This document shows, in pieces, positions 9,119 to 20,707 of a DNA stretch of 64,000 nucleotides. The number at the start of each line of letters is the position of its first letter. The first letter of the stretch is position 1. The notes under the pieces are model-generated. The model was not told the DNA's origin. It made no database searches and saw only the letters and a program-made list of their open reading frames with translations. The position numbers were made by a program, and so were the translations under genes. Source of the stretch: Phycisphaerales bacterium (GTDB lineage Bacteria > Planctomycetota > Phycisphaerae > Phycisphaerales > UBA1924); contig OZ245777.1 in assembly GCA_965227775.1 (NCBI GenBank), positions 864,001 through 928,000 on the forward strand. Reading direction: 5' to 3'.

Positions 9119-10075
9119 ATGACGAACGAGAGCCACGGCACCACCGGACCCGACGACAACTTGCACGGCTCGCTCGATCGCGCCACGCTCGATCGATTGG
9201 TCCGCCTCGCCGCCGATGGCGAATTGTCCGCCGATGAGGCCGCCGCGTACGAGCAGGCCAAGGCCAGCCGCCCGCAACTGGGCCAGCAAGAGGCCGGCGA
9301 GCGCAACCTACGCGACGCTGTCAACCGCTGCATGGGCCAGGGCTACGAGTGCCCGCAGGCGCTGCGCGCCCGCATCACCGCGATGGCCGGCGACACGCGC
9401 GGTGATGCAAGCGGCACGCCCGCGCTGAAGCTCAACAGCACACCGGCCGATCCGGCCGAGGCGCCGACCATTCGGTTTCCGGTCTGGCAGCGGGTTGCCG
9501 CGCTGGCCGCCTCGATCGTGATCATCGTGGCGGTGTCGTCGTACCTGCGCGGCAATGCCCCCACGCAGGCCGGCGGGCCGGGCGTTGCGCAAGCCGGCGA
9601 GGTGCCCACCGGCCTCCAGCTTGCCAGCTTCATGAACACTGAGCATTCGCGGTGCGCCAGCCATCCCAGGAGCATCGAGAAGTTCACGGCCGTCGATCTC
9701 GACTCGGTGCCGCAGGCCTTCCGCGACATCCTGGGCGAGAAGTTCAACGCCGATGAGATGTCCATCGACGGCGCGGATTTCGTCGCCGCAGGCAAGTGCA
9801 AGGTTCCGGGCAGGGGCCCCTCGATCCACGCGATGTTCTTGACGAGCAACGCCGACGGCCAAACGGTCGAGGTGAGTCTTTACATCCAACGCTGCAACGA
9901 CAAGCGATTCGAGGCTGGCAAGGCCTACACCATCGGCTCCGAGGCCGCGGACAGCGCGAGCGTCATCGGCTGGCGCCACGATGGGCTGGTGTACTACCTG
10001 GTGACCCAGTCTCCCGAGACCACGCGCAGCCTGGCGACCAAGCTGCAGGCCCCCGCCATCGCCGGCGCTATCTGA
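9119..10075 (+). CDS. Putative membrane-anchored anti-sigma factor
   Basis: Directly downstream of the ECF sigma. ASD-like N-terminus (AADGELSADEA), one TM (VAALAASIVIIVAV), periplasmic C-domain ending in WRHDGLVYYLV. Confidence 0.75.
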   Translation: MTNESHGTTGPDDNLHGSLDRATLDRLVRLAADGELSADEAAAYEQAKASRPQLGQQEAGERNLRDAVNRCMGQGYECPQALRARITAMAGDTRGDASGTPALKLNSTPADPAEAPTIRFPVWQRVAALAASIVIIVAVSSYLRGNAPTQAGGPGVAQAGEVPTGLQLASFMNTEHSRCASHPRSIEKFTAVDLDSVPQAFRDILGEKFNADEMSIDGADFVAAGKCKVPGRGPSIHAMFLTSNADGQTVEVSLYIQRCNDKRFEAGKAYTIGSEAADSASVIGWRHDGLVYYLVTQSPETTRSLATKLQAPAIAGAI

Positions 10076-10089
10076 ACTCGATCAACCGG

Positions 10090-11565
10090 TCAATCTGCAA
10101 GGCTTGACGCGAACGGGCTGCGGGCTTCGAACCCCATCCCGTTTTCTAATGTGCGCGCGAGGCGCAGCAGGCCCGCCTCGTCGAACGGTCTGCCCACGAG
10201 CTGCACGCCGACAGGCAGCTTCACGCCATCAACCTCGACGAGCCCTGCGGGCACGCTGACCGCCGGGAGGCCCGCAAGGTTCGCACCCACCGTAAACGCG
10301 TCTTCGAGATACATCTCCAGCGGTGCGCCGAGCTTCTCGCCCAGCTTGAACGCGGGGCTCGGCGTCGTGGGCATGAGCACGGCCCTCGCGCCGCGCTCGA
10401 AGATGCGCTCGAAGTCTTGCTTGATGAGCCGCCGCGTGCGCTGGGCCTTGCCGTAAAACTGGTCGTAGTACCCGCTGCTGAGTGCGTGCGTCCCGAGCAA
10501 GATGCGACGCTTGACCTCGGCGCCGAAGCCCTCGCTGCGTGATCGCGTGTAGAGCGCCTCGAGACCATCGCCTTCGCGCAGTTGGGCGCGGCGGCCGTAG
10601 CGCACGCCGTCGTAGCGCGCCAGGTTGCTCGATGCCTCGGCGGGTGCGATGAGGTAGTACGCGGCGATGCCGTGCGCGGTGGTTGGCAAAGTCTCCTCGT
10701 CGATGCCGACTCCAGATCCTTCGAGCACCTTGGCAGCCCGCTGCAGTGCGTCCGAGATTCCCGGATGCACACCGCCCTCGGGCGCGATGATCGCGACACG
10801 ATGGCCGGGCTCGTCTTGCTCGAGCGTTGCGCGGAAGTCTTCCACCTTGCGCGGGGCGCTCGTCGCATCGTGCGGATCGTGCCCCGCGATGACCGAGAGC
10901 GCCAGGGCCGCGTCCTCGACGGTGTGCGTGAACGTGCCGATCTGGTCGAGGCTGCTCGCAAACGCGACCAGCCCGTAGCGCGACACCCGCCCGTACGTGG
11001 GCTTCAGCCCAACAAGCCCGCAGAGCGCCGCGGGCTGGCGCACGCTGCCGCCCGTGTCGCTGCCCAACGCCATAGCGACGCATCCCGCGGCGACGGCCGC
11101 CGCGCTGCCGCTGCTGCTGCCGCCCGGCACGCGCTGCGTGTCCCAAGGGTTGCGCGTGGGCCCGAAGGCCGAGTGCTCGCCGCTGCCGCCCATGGCGAAC
11201 TCGTCGAGGTTCGCCTTGGCGACGATGATCGCCCCGGCGTCACGCAGTTTTCGAACGGCCGTCGCGTCGTATGGGCTCTCGTAGTGCTCCAGCATCCGGC
11301 TGGCGCAGGTCGTCCGGCCCAGGCAGATGTTGTCCTTCACCACCACGGGCACGCCCGCCAGGGCGCCGAGCGCGTCACCCGCTGCCCGCCGCTGGTCGAC
11401 TTCGCTCGCCTCCCGGAGGGCCTCGTCGCGGCGCACCTCGACGAACGCGTTGAGATCTCCTTGCACCCGATCGATGCGTGCGAGCGCCTGCTCGGCCGCC
11501 TCGCGTGCCGATTGCTCCCCGCGGGCGAGGCGCGCTGCCGTCTCGATCATGTCCGACCCGGCCAT
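10090..11565 (-). CDS. gatA: Asp-tRNA(Asn)/Glu-tRNA(Gln) amidotransferase subunit A
   Basis: KDNI, GGSSSGSAAAV, GSDTGGSVRQPA, SSNLARYDGVRYG and EVKRRILLG motifs; alternative start 11550. Confidence 0.96.
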   Translation of the reverse strand: MAGSDMIETAARLARGEQSAREAAEQALARIDRVQGDLNAFVEVRRDEALREASEVDQRRAAGDALGALAGVPVVVKDNICLGRTTCASRMLEHYESPYDATAVRKLRDAGAIIVAKANLDEFAMGGSGEHSAFGPTRNPWDTQRVPGGSSSGSAAAVAAGCVAMALGSDTGGSVRQPAALCGLVGLKPTYGRVSRYGLVAFASSLDQIGTFTHTVEDAALALSVIAGHDPHDATSAPRKVEDFRATLEQDEPGHRVAIIAPEGGVHPGISDALQRAAKVLEGSGVGIDEETLPTTAHGIAAYYLIAPAEASSNLARYDGVRYGRRAQLREGDGLEALYTRSRSEGFGAEVKRRILLGTHALSSGYYDQFYGKAQRTRRLIKQDFERIFERGARAVLMPTTPSPAFKLGEKLGAPLEMYLEDAFTVGANLAGLPAVSVPAGLVEVDGVKLPVGVQLVGRPFDEAGLLRLARTLENGMGFEARSPFASSLAD

Positions 11566-11727
11566 CGGTCGATGCTCCTTGGCGTGCGAACGCTGGGGAC
11601 GGCAGGCCGCAAACCGGCAAACCCATCGGCCCCGGCCGACGAATAGACAGACGCGAGGCTAGGCCGCACCTGCGCGACCAGGGCCCAGAGCAGAACCCGA
11701 CACCGACCGAACGCAAGGGCACCAGCC

Positions 11728-12648
11728 ATGCCGACAAGCCACCTCAGAGACGATCGATTCGCCGGCGCCTTCACGGCCATCATCACGCCGTTCACGCCGG
11801 ATGGGCGCAGCATCGATCTAGAGCGCCTCGACGCGCAGATTGCTCGCCAGGCCGACAACGGCATCTCGGGCATCGTCGTCGCCGGCACCACAGGCGAGAG
11901 CCCCACGCTGGCCGAGCCCGAGTACCGCACGCTCGTGCGACGGTGCGTCGAGGTCGGCAAGGCCCACGACCTGGTCGTCGTCGCTGGGACGGGCAGCAAC
12001 AGCACGGCCCACGCGGTCGAGCAGCAACGCATCGCGATGGACCTGGGCGCCGACGCCGGGCTGAGCGTGAACCCGTACTACAACAAGCCCACGCAAGAGG
12101 GGCTCTACGCCCACTTCGCCACGATCGCCGAGAGCGTGGAACTGCCCATCATGCTCTACAACATCCCTGGCCGCACGGGCGTGGCGCTCGCGCCTTCAAC
12201 AGTCGAGCGGCTGTATGAGAGCCCCTGGGTGGTGAGCATCAAGGAAGCCACCGGGTCGACAGACTCGGCTACCGACATCCTGCTGCGTTGTCCGGGCATC
12301 GCGCTGCTGAGCGGCGACGATGGCATGACGCTGCCGTTCATGGCCATCGGCGGTGTGGGCTGCGTGTCGGTCGTCAGCAACATCGCGCCGCAACGCACGG
12401 CGGCCCTGTGCCAGGCGGCGATTGAGGGCGACCTGACGGCCGCGCGCGAGCACCATGCCGCGCTGTTCGAGCTCGCCCGCGCGATGTTCATCGAAACAAA
12501 CCCGATCTGCGTGAAGGCCGCCATGGCGATGATGGGACTGGACAGCGGCCAGCTGCGCTTGCCCATGACCCAACCGACCGAGACCACGCGCCGGGCCATC
12601 CACGACGCGCTCGACCGTGCGCGATTGCTCGAAGCGGCGGCCTGCTGA
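11728..12648 (+). CDS. dapA: 4-hydroxy-tetrahydrodipicolinate synthase
   Basis: GTTGESPTL, PYYNKP, YNIPGRTG, IKEA, LSGDD and ETNPICVK motifs. Confidence 0.96.
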   Translation: MPTSHLRDDRFAGAFTAIITPFTPDGRSIDLERLDAQIARQADNGISGIVVAGTTGESPTLAEPEYRTLVRRCVEVGKAHDLVVVAGTGSNSTAHAVEQQRIAMDLGADAGLSVNPYYNKPTQEGLYAHFATIAESVELPIMLYNIPGRTGVALAPSTVERLYESPWVVSIKEATGSTDSATDILLRCPGIALLSGDDGMTLPFMAIGGVGCVSVVSNIAPQRTAALCQAAIEGDLTAAREHHAALFELARAMFIETNPICVKAAMAMMGLDSGQLRLPMTQPTETTRRAIHDALDRARLLEAAAC

Positions 12649-12854
12649 CACTCGGCCAGCCACGGGCAACCCAAGAAAACTCGCTCACACCACCGCGGCC
12701 GTGCGCTATCTGCCGGCGCTGCGAGGGTTTCGGCTTGGAGTGCCGGAATCTGGTGGTATGGTCACAGCGCCCTGAACCCCCACCGCCGGCCGCGCGCCAT
12801 GGGCCCGAATGCGCGGCGGTGACGATCGTCGCGGGCCTGCGATGGGGGTTTTCC

Positions 12855-13589
12855 ATGTCCAACGTACCGCAATCGACCGATGATCAGACCGTTCGTCTTG
12901 CCGCTCGCGCACGGACGCGTAGGGTTTCGTTCGTAACGCGTAAGCCCCTGGGAGGAGTACCCTTCTGGGAGATTCGCGGGTCGCTCGGGGATCAATTCCG
13001 TGCCTCGGGCGTCTGGGTATTGGGAGCCATGCTCGCGTGCGTTTTCGCCGTGGGCTCAACGGGGGGCTGTGTTGACCAGGCCGCCATGCGCAACCAGATC
13101 GATACAGCGCGACAAGACCTTGGCGCGCTGCGCGATGCACTGGCCGCCCGCCAGCATGCCCTCCGCGAGGCCCTGGAGGATCCGTCGGCCCCTGCCGGTC
13201 TCGCCCACGGCTGGCGCGCCCAGCTCGTGGTCGTCGAGGACCAGCTCGCCGCAGCCCAGCACGCCATTGATGCGTCTGCCGACTACGCCGACGACCCGGC
13301 AGGTGGAGCCGTCACCCGGGCGATCGGCACGGTCGCGCCGTTCGTGCCCGAGCCCTATCGATTGCCACTCGTTCTTGGCGCCGGGCTCGCGGCATCGCTC
13401 GCTCGCGGGGCTCAGCTCCGCCGGGCCGGGCGTGCGATCGCGCGGGGCGTCCAGCGAGCCCTCGATGCCGACCCGCAACTCGCAACCGGATTTGCCCAAC
13501 ACGCCGATGCCGTCCGGGCCGAGCAATCGACCCTCGCGCGACGGCTCGTCGACGAGGCCCAAGGCAAGCGCGCCGCGCTTCCCATCTGA
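12855..13589 (+). CDS. Hypothetical helical protein, possibly a lipoprotein (start uncertain: 12855 or 13029)
   Basis: Hydrophobic stretch ending TGGC (lipobox-like), then coiled-coil-like helices; co-oriented with the prepilin gene. Confidence 0.6.
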   Translation: MSNVPQSTDDQTVRLAARARTRRVSFVTRKPLGGVPFWEIRGSLGDQFRASGVWVLGAMLACVFAVGSTGGCVDQAAMRNQIDTARQDLGALRDALAARQHALREALEDPSAPAGLAHGWRAQLVVVEDQLAAAQHAIDASADYADDPAGGAVTRAIGTVAPFVPEPYRLPLVLGAGLAASLARGAQLRRAGRAIARGVQRALDADPQLATGFAQHADAVRAEQSTLARRLVDEAQGKRAALPI

Positions 13590-13611
13590 CGCGCAAGGAG
13601 GCAGTGCCGGC

Positions 13612-14298
13612 ATGCGGAAGGGATTCACGCTCATCGAGTTGCTGGCGGTTATCGCGATCATCAGCGTGCTCATCGGCATCCTCATCCCCACGCTGGGCAG
13701 CGCGCGAGAGAGCGCGCGTCGCACCGCGTGCCTGGCGAACCTCGCCCAGATCGGCGTGGGCACCCAGCTCTACATGGACACCGAGTCCAAGGGCGTGCTG
13801 CCGGTCGTCCGTCCGTTTCACGAGGGCGACCCTGGCGGCGGCAGCGATCCGAGCCTGCTGGACGTCTTGAGCCAGTACCTCGACACGCCGGTGCCCCGCC
13901 GCGCTTCGCCCGACGAGGACTTCGTCTTGGGGAAGAACTCGTGCTATCGCTGCCCGAGCGACAACGGCGGCAAGGAAGCCCCGCTCTGGGCGAGTGCGGG
14001 CACGAGCTACGAGTATTTCCCGGGCCTGATCATTACCGCGACCGAGCTGGCCTTCGCAGCCGAGAGCCCCCGCATCGAGCGGGCGGTCACGACGGCTATC
14101 GAGACCCAGAGTGAGAAGGGCACGGCCATCCCGCTGCTGAACTGCGCAGGCGAGTGGCATGTGCTGCGTGCGGGCCAGCCGGGGCGCAACGCCGTGTACT
14201 TCCCGTCGATGCGGGCGGACTGGCTCGAGGAGCTGGCGCCCGAAGACGGCGAAGCACTATTCGCCGAGATTGGTCGCATCCTGGGAATCGGGACATGA
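13612..14298 (+). CDS. Prepilin-type N-terminal cleavage/methylation domain protein (DUF1559-like)
   Basis: [15 protein letters not shown]...[21 protein letters not shown] and YRCPSD; SD AAGGAGG at 13595. Confidence 0.9.
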   Translation: MRKGFTLIELLAVIAIISVLIGILIPTLGSARESARRTACLANLAQIGVGTQLYMDTESKGVLPVVRPFHEGDPGGGSDPSLLDVLSQYLDTPVPRRASPDEDFVLGKNSCYRCPSDNGGKEAPLWASAGTSYEYFPGLIITATELAFAAESPRIERAVTTAIETQSEKGTAIPLLNCAGEWHVLRAGQPGRNAVYFPSMRADWLEELAPEDGEALFAEIGRILGIGT

Positions 14299-15083
14299 GC
14301 ACGCGCGACGACATGCTCGAGACGCTCAGCCGCCTCGAAGGCCGGCGCGTCAAGATCGGCGCGCTGCGTGAACGCATCGCCGACTTCGAGGCCAACACGC
14401 TGCGCGACGGCGAGAACTGGCGACGCTGGTCGAAGAAGTACTGGCCCGCTGCCGCCCAGCTGCTTGTGATTCTTGCGGCGTCGGCGTACTTCGTGTTCCG
14501 TCCCACGCCCGTGCCCGACTACGAGAACGCGCGAATCGACACCATTATGAACTTCACGCTCTTGCAGAGCGAGTTCAACGAGTTGCCGCTGGAGCGCCGA
14601 CTCGAGCTCGTGGGCATGCTGATCCAGCGAATGGAGAGCATGAACTCGAGCGACTCGCTCATGCTGGCGGCCTTCGCCGGTTCGATCCGCGGCAAGGCGC
14701 GCGAGCAGCTCGAAGAGAACGCCAGCCGGCTGGCGATCGAGCTTTGGGACTCGATGGCCGTCGAGTACCAGGGCGTGCCCGAAGCCCAGCGCGACGAGTA
14801 CCTGGCCGAGGCATTCGTACGCTTCGAGACGACGCTCGAGATGATGGGCGGCGAGGTGCGTGATCGAACGCCCGAGGAGCGGCTCGAGCGTGCCCGGCGG
14901 CAGGCGCAGCGCGACGAGCAGGCCATTAAGGACGGCCAGGGCCCGCCGGCGCGCATCATGGGCCGCGTGTTCGATGTGATGAACAACAACATCGGGCAGC
15001 ACGCCAGCCCGCTGGAGCGCCGCCGAGGCGAGCTGCTCATGCGCGACATGACCCGCTTCCTGCGCGGCTCGGGCGGCGGTTAA
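14295..15083 (+). CDS. Hypothetical single-TM helical protein
   Basis: ATGA overlap with the prepilin gene; one TM ([17 protein letters not shown]); genome-typical codon use. Confidence 0.75.
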   Translation: MSTRDDMLETLSRLEGRRVKIGALRERIADFEANTLRDGENWRRWSKKYWPAAAQLLVILAASAYFVFRPTPVPDYENARIDTIMNFTLLQSEFNELPLERRLELVGMLIQRMESMNSSDSLMLAAFAGSIRGKAREQLEENASRLAIELWDSMAVEYQGVPEAQRDEYLAEAFVRFETTLEMMGGEVRDRTPEERLERARRQAQRDEQAIKDGQGPPARIMGRVFDVMNNNIGQHASPLERRRGELLMRDMTRFLRGSGGG

Positions 15084-15153
15084 AGATTCGATCATCGCGC
15101 GATTGCATCGCGAGTCCCCTGGGTAGACTGCCGCTCACAAGGAGGCTCGACCT

Positions 15154-15873
15154 ATGGACCAGACGCTGATCGACCGCGCACCGGCAACGTACGACGACCT
15201 CGGCGCCGTTTTCGTCAATTGCACGCTGAAGAAGTCACCCGGGACCAGCCACACGCAGGGGCTCATGGACAAGTCGATCCGCCTCATGCAGAAGGCGGGC
15301 GTGTCGGTCGAGAGCATCCGCCTGGTCGATCATGACGTGCCGCCGGGCGTGCAACCCGACATGACCAAGAACGGCTACGAGACCGACGAGTGGCCCGCGA
15401 TCCACAAGAAGATCATGGACGCGAACATCCTGGTGGTCGGCACGCCCATCTGGCTGGGCGAGAAGAGTTCGGAGTGCACGAAGCTTATCGAGCGGCTGTA
15501 CAGCAACTCGGGTGATCTCAACGCCCACGGCCAGTCTGACTACTACGGCCGGGTTGGTGGCTGCATCATCACGGGCAACGAGGACGGCGTGAAGCACTGC
15601 GCGATGGGCATCCTGTACGGGCTTGCGCACATCGGGTACACCATCCCGCCGCAGCCCGATGCGGGCTGGATCGGCGAGGTCGGCCCGGGGCCGAGCTACC
15701 TCGACGACGACTCCAACGCCGCGGACAACGACTTCACCAATCGCAACTTGACGATCATGACGTGGAACATGATCCACCTCGCGCGCGTGCTGGAGGACGC
15801 CGGCGGCGTGCCGGTCTTTGGCAACCAGCGCGATAAGTGGAAGGACGGCGAGCGCTTCGGTTTCGAGAAGTAG
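15154..15873 (+). CDS. Flavodoxin-like / NADPH-dependent FMN reductase family protein
   Basis: NCTLK, ILVVGTPIWLG, GCIITGNEDG motifs; SD AAGGAGG. Confidence 0.88.
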   Translation: MDQTLIDRAPATYDDLGAVFVNCTLKKSPGTSHTQGLMDKSIRLMQKAGVSVESIRLVDHDVPPGVQPDMTKNGYETDEWPAIHKKIMDANILVVGTPIWLGEKSSECTKLIERLYSNSGDLNAHGQSDYYGRVGGCIITGNEDGVKHCAMGILYGLAHIGYTIPPQPDAGWIGEVGPGPSYLDDDSNAADNDFTNRNLTIMTWNMIHLARVLEDAGGVPVFGNQRDKWKDGERFGFEK

Positions 15874-15886
15874 CGCTCGGAGCGTG

Positions 15887-16789
15887 TCAGGCGCGCGGCT
15901 CGAGCGTGTGCCGCGGGAAGCGGTTGACGAGCGCGTTGGCCATCCGCTGGTTCATCTGGTGACCCGAACGCGTCGCGATGATGTTTGCCTGGATGGGCCG
16001 CCCCGCAAGCGTGAGATCGCCGATGACGTCGAGCAGCTTGTGGGCCGCCGGCTCGAGGTCGAACCGGTAGGCGTTGTCGATGGGGCCATCGGGGCCGATG
16101 ACGAGCATGTCGGCGGGCGTGAGATCCTCGAACAGCCCGGCGCGCTTCAGGGCCGTCGCTTCGTGTTCGAGGCAGAACGTGCGCGCCGGCGCAATCTCGC
16201 GGACATAAGCGTTGGCTGAGCCGTTCCACGTGGCGGTTTGCGGCTGCAGGGCCGCGCCCTTCCCGTAGTCGAGGTTGTAGGTGACCGACCAGCCTGGTTC
16301 GTCGCGCGGTTCGGCGACGATCGACGCGTTCATGTGCTCGAGCTTGATTGGTTGCTCGATCGTGATGGGCTCGATGGTCCGTTCGAGGTCGTGCACGCCC
16401 ACTTTCTGGATGGCGTCGACGAAGGGCTTGGCCGAGCCATCGAAGATCGGGACCTCGAGCCCGTCGATCTCGATCTCGCAATCGGTGATGCCGAGGCCCG
16501 CGAGCGCTGAGAGCGCGTGCTCCACGGTTGCGACCAGGGCGTGCCCACGGGCGAGATTGGTGCTGCGCGGCGGGCCATTCAAGTGGCCGGCGTGCACCGA
16601 CGAGGTGGTGACGGCGTCGTAGAGCACCGGCACCTGTGTGGCGATATCTGTTCGCGTGAGCGTCAGGCCCCGTTCGCCTGGCTTGAAGCCCATGGTGGCG
16701 TGCTTGCCCGAGAACAGGCCGCGCCCGTCGAGCGTCGCATTGCCGGCAAGGGTCTTGCGCGCGACGGGGTGTGGCGTAGGTGCCGTCAT
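15887..16789 (-). CDS. lpxC: UDP-3-O-acyl-N-acetylglucosamine deacetylase
   Basis: [42 protein letters not shown] and SGH motifs. Confidence 0.93.
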   Translation of the reverse strand: MTAPTPHPVARKTLAGNATLDGRGLFSGKHATMGFKPGERGLTLTRTDIATQVPVLYDAVTTSSVHAGHLNGPPRSTNLARGHALVATVEHALSALAGLGITDCEIEIDGLEVPIFDGSAKPFVDAIQKVGVHDLERTIEPITIEQPIKLEHMNASIVAEPRDEPGWSVTYNLDYGKGAALQPQTATWNGSANAYVREIAPARTFCLEHEATALKRAGLFEDLTPADMLVIGPDGPIDNAYRFDLEPAAHKLLDVIGDLTLAGRPIQANIIATRSGHQMNQRMANALVNRFPRHTLEPRA

Positions 16790-17964
16790 GCGTCGCGGAG
16801 GCGTTTGCGGAGTTGGCGTAGGTCCTTCGAGAGCGTGCGGAACTGGGCGTAGTTGGCCGCGGCTTCGCGCGCCGGCATGGCGGGGGCGCCCAGCCATGTT
16901 TCGCCGGCAGGCACGTCGTTGATGACGCCACTGCGCGCGCCGATGGTGGCGCCCTTGCCGATCTTAATGCCATCGCTCACGGCGACCGAACCGGCGATGG
17001 TGGCGCCATCGCCAATGGTGACGCTGCCCGCGATAGAGCAGCATCCGCAGATGATGACGTGCTCGCCGATGTCGCCGTTGTGGCCGATCTGGCAGAGATT
17101 GTCGATCTTGGTGCCGCGGCCGACGCGCGTGTCGGCGAGCTTGCCGCGGTCGATGCACGTGTTGGCGCCGATCTCGGCCTCGTCCTCGATGACGACCGCG
17201 CCAAGGTGCGGGATCTTGATGGCGCCCTTCGGCCCGGGCAGGTAGCCAAAGCCGTCGGCCCCGACGACGACGCCGGGGTGCAGCATGCAGCGCTCGCCCA
17301 CGGTGCAGCCGTGCTGAACCACGACGCCGGGGTGCAGCACCGACTTGGCACCGACCGAGACATTCTGCCCGAGCGTCACGCGAGCCACGAGCACGGCTCC
17401 CGGTGCGACGCGGCAGCCCGGCCCAACAACGCACATCGGTCCGATCGACGCGCCCTCAACCGTGGCCGAGGGATCGACCTGGGCGGTGGCATCGACGCCG
17501 GGCTCGATGGGCGGCGGGGCTGCGTGCTCGGCGAAGGCCTCGAGCAACGTCAGCAGCGCGCGGTCCGCGTCTGGCACGTAGAGGATGGCGCGATCGCTGG
17601 TGTCGGACTCATCGAGTCGGACGCCGTCGGTGACGAGCGCGGCCGAGGCATTGGATGTGTTCCACGCGGCCGCGTGGCGTTGATCGCGGATGAAGGTGAG
17701 CGCGCCGGGTGTGGCCTTGTCGAGCGGGGCGATGTCGGCCAGCGGGATGTCGGCCGGACCGACGAGGCGGGCTTGGAGGATCTCGGCCAGCGTGCCCGTG
17801 GTGGTGGCCTGTGGCCTGGCGCTGCCCGCAGAACCGCGGGAGGCCTCGGACTTGGTTTGCTGGGCGGTGGCGGATGTACGCACGGGCTGGCCTTTTGCGG
17901 GAGGAGGTCGGCGGCTGGGCCGCGGGGCGGGGGGTCGATGCGTCGCGAACGGCGGGGTGCTCAA
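16786..17964 (-). CDS. lpxD: UDP-3-O-(3-hydroxyacyl)glucosamine N-acyltransferase
   Basis: Hexapeptide repeats, [29 protein letters not shown]. Start uncertain: TTG 17964 overlapping the skp stop, or GTG 17883. Confidence 0.93.
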   Translation of the reverse strand: MSTPPFATHRPPAPRPSRRPPPAKGQPVRTSATAQQTKSEASRGSAGSARPQATTTGTLAEILQARLVGPADIPLADIAPLDKATPGALTFIRDQRHAAAWNTSNASAALVTDGVRLDESDTSDRAILYVPDADRALLTLLEAFAEHAAPPPIEPGVDATAQVDPSATVEGASIGPMCVVGPGCRVAPGAVLVARVTLGQNVSVGAKSVLHPGVVVQHGCTVGERCMLHPGVVVGADGFGYLPGPKGAIKIPHLGAVVIEDEAEIGANTCIDRGKLADTRVGRGTKIDNLCQIGHNGDIGEHVIICGCCSIAGSVTIGDGATIAGSVAVSDGIKIGKGATIGARSGVINDVPAGETWLGAPAMPAREAAANYAQFRTLSKDLRQLRKRLRDA

Positions 17965-18635
17965 CCTCCCGCGGCGTACTTGTTGTTCATGTGCTGCACC
18001 ACGCTGTTGGTGATGTTCACGCTGTCGCCGGCGTAGATGACTCGGCGAGTTTGGATGAAGTTCTCCACAAAGTCCACGGCGGCCTCGGCTCGCACGTTGG
18101 GGTTTCGCGGCACGATCAGGGGCTGTCCGCCGTGGATCACGACCTCCCAGCCGTCACGCTTGGCGACCTCTTCGACGGCCTTGAGTGCCTTCTCGTAGAG
18201 CTCGGTCAGGACGCGGGCGGTGTCTTCCTGCTGCCACTTGATGAGCATGGAGCCGCGCAGCTCCCGGAAGCCCATCTTCATGTTGCGCTCGCGGAAGATC
18301 TGGTCATAGGCGTCGCTCGCGGGGTCGAGCCGCTCGAGATCGGTGTTCAAGCCATCGATTTCCTCGGTCAGCTGCTTGATCTCGTTGCTCTTGTCCTCGA
18401 CGTCGGACTTGATGCGCTCGTCCACCACCTTGAACTCGTCGAGCTGCGTGATGACGGCCACGAGATCGACCGTGGCGACCGAGGTCGGGGTGGCCCGCAC
18501 CGCCGCCGAGGCATCGGCAGTCGGCTTGAGCAACGCAACCGTGGAGATCGCGATGGCGAGCGTTGCCAGCAAGCCGAGGCCAGCATTGGCCTTGGCAGTG
18601 CGTACGGGTGCATGTCGGTTCGTGGACATCGGCAT
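17961..18635 (-). CDS. skp: OmpH/Skp family periplasmic chaperone
   Basis: Signal peptide, VATVDL, coiled coil, [15 protein letters not shown] and NIT..VV ending; skp-lpxD synteny. Confidence 0.8.
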   Translation of the reverse strand: MPMSTNRHAPVRTAKANAGLGLLATLAIAISTVALLKPTADASAAVRATPTSVATVDLVAVITQLDEFKVVDERIKSDVEDKSNEIKQLTEEIDGLNTDLERLDPASDAYDQIFRERNMKMGFRELRGSMLIKWQQEDTARVLTELYEKALKAVEEVAKRDGWEVVIHGGQPLIVPRNPNVRAEAAVDFVENFIQTRRVIYAGDSVNITNSVVQHMNNKYAAGG

Positions 18636-19014
18636 GGACGAGGCCTCCTGCTCGGTGGGGAGAGTTCGATCGCTCCGCGATCGGTGCGTTCAAGCCGGCG
18701 GCCCCGCGCAGCCATGACGTGGCCGGGGACCGTATCGGCCGGATTGGCCGCGGCGGACGCGTCGCGCACGCCACGAGGGATTCTACGCCCCGCACGGATG
18801 CCACTGTCAGCGTTCGCTGGCAGTGGAATCAAAAGAGCTGGTGAATACTTACTTAAGTTATCGGGCTGTATTGACGATCGCATTGGATCGATCAGAACCC
18901 CGCCTGGGGCCGATGTCGTACGTGTGGGAGAGCGGCCTGCGGGCTATCCTTACAAATAGCTTCCAGGCGGGTGGTTGCGAAGCCTGGCGGCCGGTGGCGG
19001 AACGGAGGCGGATC

Positions 19015-20676
19015 ATGCGACAAGTGGGAGCGAGTGTCGGGGCGTTACTGCTATCGGCGGGCTTGTGCCTGGGGCAGAACGCGCTCGGCGACGGGCGGGC
19101 CCTGGATCGCAACGCCCAGATCGGGAGCGAGGGCGTGAACAGCCCGACCCGGGACTTCAGGGCCGAGCTGCGCTTCCGCAACGCGCTGGTCACCGGCAAC
19201 GTGCCCGGGGGCGCCGGCTTTCGCGGCATCACGGGCTATGGGCTGGAGTACGACTTCCGCGGGCGCGTGGGCTCGGACGACTTGTTCAGCTTCCGGCGTG
19301 ACTCGTTCACCAGCGGCTTGGCTGGCACGGGCATCCGCGGCACCGAAGCCTTGCAGTACCAGTTCGCGCTGACGGTGGGCAATGCTCCGCCGCGGAACCT
19401 TCGTGGCAGCCTGCTGACCTCGCGCACGGGGGAGCGCGTGACGGCGGCTCTGTCGAGGTCGCCGGTCGCATCGATCAGCGGCTCGCCGGACTTTCGCGAG
19501 GCCACGCCCGAAGAGATGGGCGAGTACGAGCCCGGCACGGCGCTCTCGCTGCGATCGATCTCGGCGTTTGCTGCCCAGCGCAGCCTTTCCCCTTCGCTGC
19601 TGTACATGCAAGAGAACGACGGCGGCATCGCCGAGGGTCTGGTTGCCTCGCCGCTGCGAGGGCTGGCTCGCGAGGACCTGGTGGGTGATGCCGAGGCAAC
19701 GCAGGACGAGCGGCGCGACCCGTTTGCGGGCGATCGCATGAGCCGCGACGAGGGTGTCGGGCCGTCCGCGACCGGCTTGGCCGACCCTGCAGGAACGGGT
19801 GGCACAACCAGCGAGGTGCGCGATCGCCTTGCGACCGACTTCGTGTCGCGCATGGGCGGGCCGGACCAAGAGTCCGAGGCCGGTGAGGATGCCGCGGTGG
19901 GCGGCGGTGATCCGTTCCTCGAGCAGCTCGCCGCGCTGCAGCAGGTGCTGCGCGACGGCACGCTGATGGATGAGAGCGGTGCCGGCCTGGGCGCCGGGGG
20001 CGAGCCTGGCGCAATGGCGGCACCGGAAACGCAGCAGGAAGCGATCGAGCAACGCGTGAGCGGCTGGCGCGACCTCATCGCCACGCTCAAGGATGGTGTG
20101 GGCACGGTTGAGGTGCCCCAGCCACGGCTGGATCGCTCGTCGGCGTACGACCTGCACATCGAGCGCGCCCAGGCCATGATGGAAGAGGGCCGGTACTTCG
20201 AGGCCGAGCAGCGATTCACGATGGCGCTCGCGGCCCGACCGCGCGACGCGATCGCCGCCGTTGGGCGCGTGCACGCACAGATCGGCGCGGGGCTCGATCT
20301 CTCGGCGGCGGTGAACCTCCGGTCGTTCCTGGTTGAGCATCCCGAGTTTGTCGGCGCTCGGTACGAGGCGTCAATGCTGCCGCAGGAGCAGCGCATGCAG
20401 ACGGCCATCAAGCGGCTCACCGCGCAGGTAAGCGGCGAGGGTGGCACGCGCCGGACGCGAGAGAGTGCGCTGCTGCTGGCGTACGTTTCGTTCCACGCCG
20501 GCGATCGTGTCACGACCATCCTCGGCTTGGAGCGGCTGGGCGAGAACGAGGCGGGCCTGAGAGACCCGCTGGTTCCGCTTGTGCGGGCCGTGTGGCTCGA
20601 GGAAGAAGGCCAAGAAGGCGAGGGCGACGCGGCGGGCACCGATGAGGGTGCAACGCAAGAGGATGGCGGCGGCTGA
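19015..20676 (+). CDS. Secreted hypothetical protein with C-terminal TPR-like helices
   Basis: Signal peptide MRQVGASVGALLLSAGLCLG; SD GGAGG; TPR-like AQAMMEEGRYFEAEQRFTMALAARP. Confidence 0.75.
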   Translation: MRQVGASVGALLLSAGLCLGQNALGDGRALDRNAQIGSEGVNSPTRDFRAELRFRNALVTGNVPGGAGFRGITGYGLEYDFRGRVGSDDLFSFRRDSFTSGLAGTGIRGTEALQYQFALTVGNAPPRNLRGSLLTSRTGERVTAALSRSPVASISGSPDFREATPEEMGEYEPGTALSLRSISAFAAQRSLSPSLLYMQENDGGIAEGLVASPLRGLAREDLVGDAEATQDERRDPFAGDRMSRDEGVGPSATGLADPAGTGGTTSEVRDRLATDFVSRMGGPDQESEAGEDAAVGGGDPFLEQLAALQQVLRDGTLMDESGAGLGAGGEPGAMAAPETQQEAIEQRVSGWRDLIATLKDGVGTVEVPQPRLDRSSAYDLHIERAQAMMEEGRYFEAEQRFTMALAARPRDAIAAVGRVHAQIGAGLDLSAAVNLRSFLVEHPEFVGARYEASMLPQEQRMQTAIKRLTAQVSGEGGTRRTRESALLLAYVSFHAGDRVTTILGLERLGENEAGLRDPLVPLVRAVWLEEEGQEGEGDAAGTDEGATQEDGGG

Positions 20677-20707
20677 GCGCACGAGCGAGCTCGGCGGGCG
20701 GAGCAGG

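Noticed and set aside
11566..11727. Lysine riboswitch upstream of dapA
   Set aside because: The region is short and I found no L-box conserved elements.
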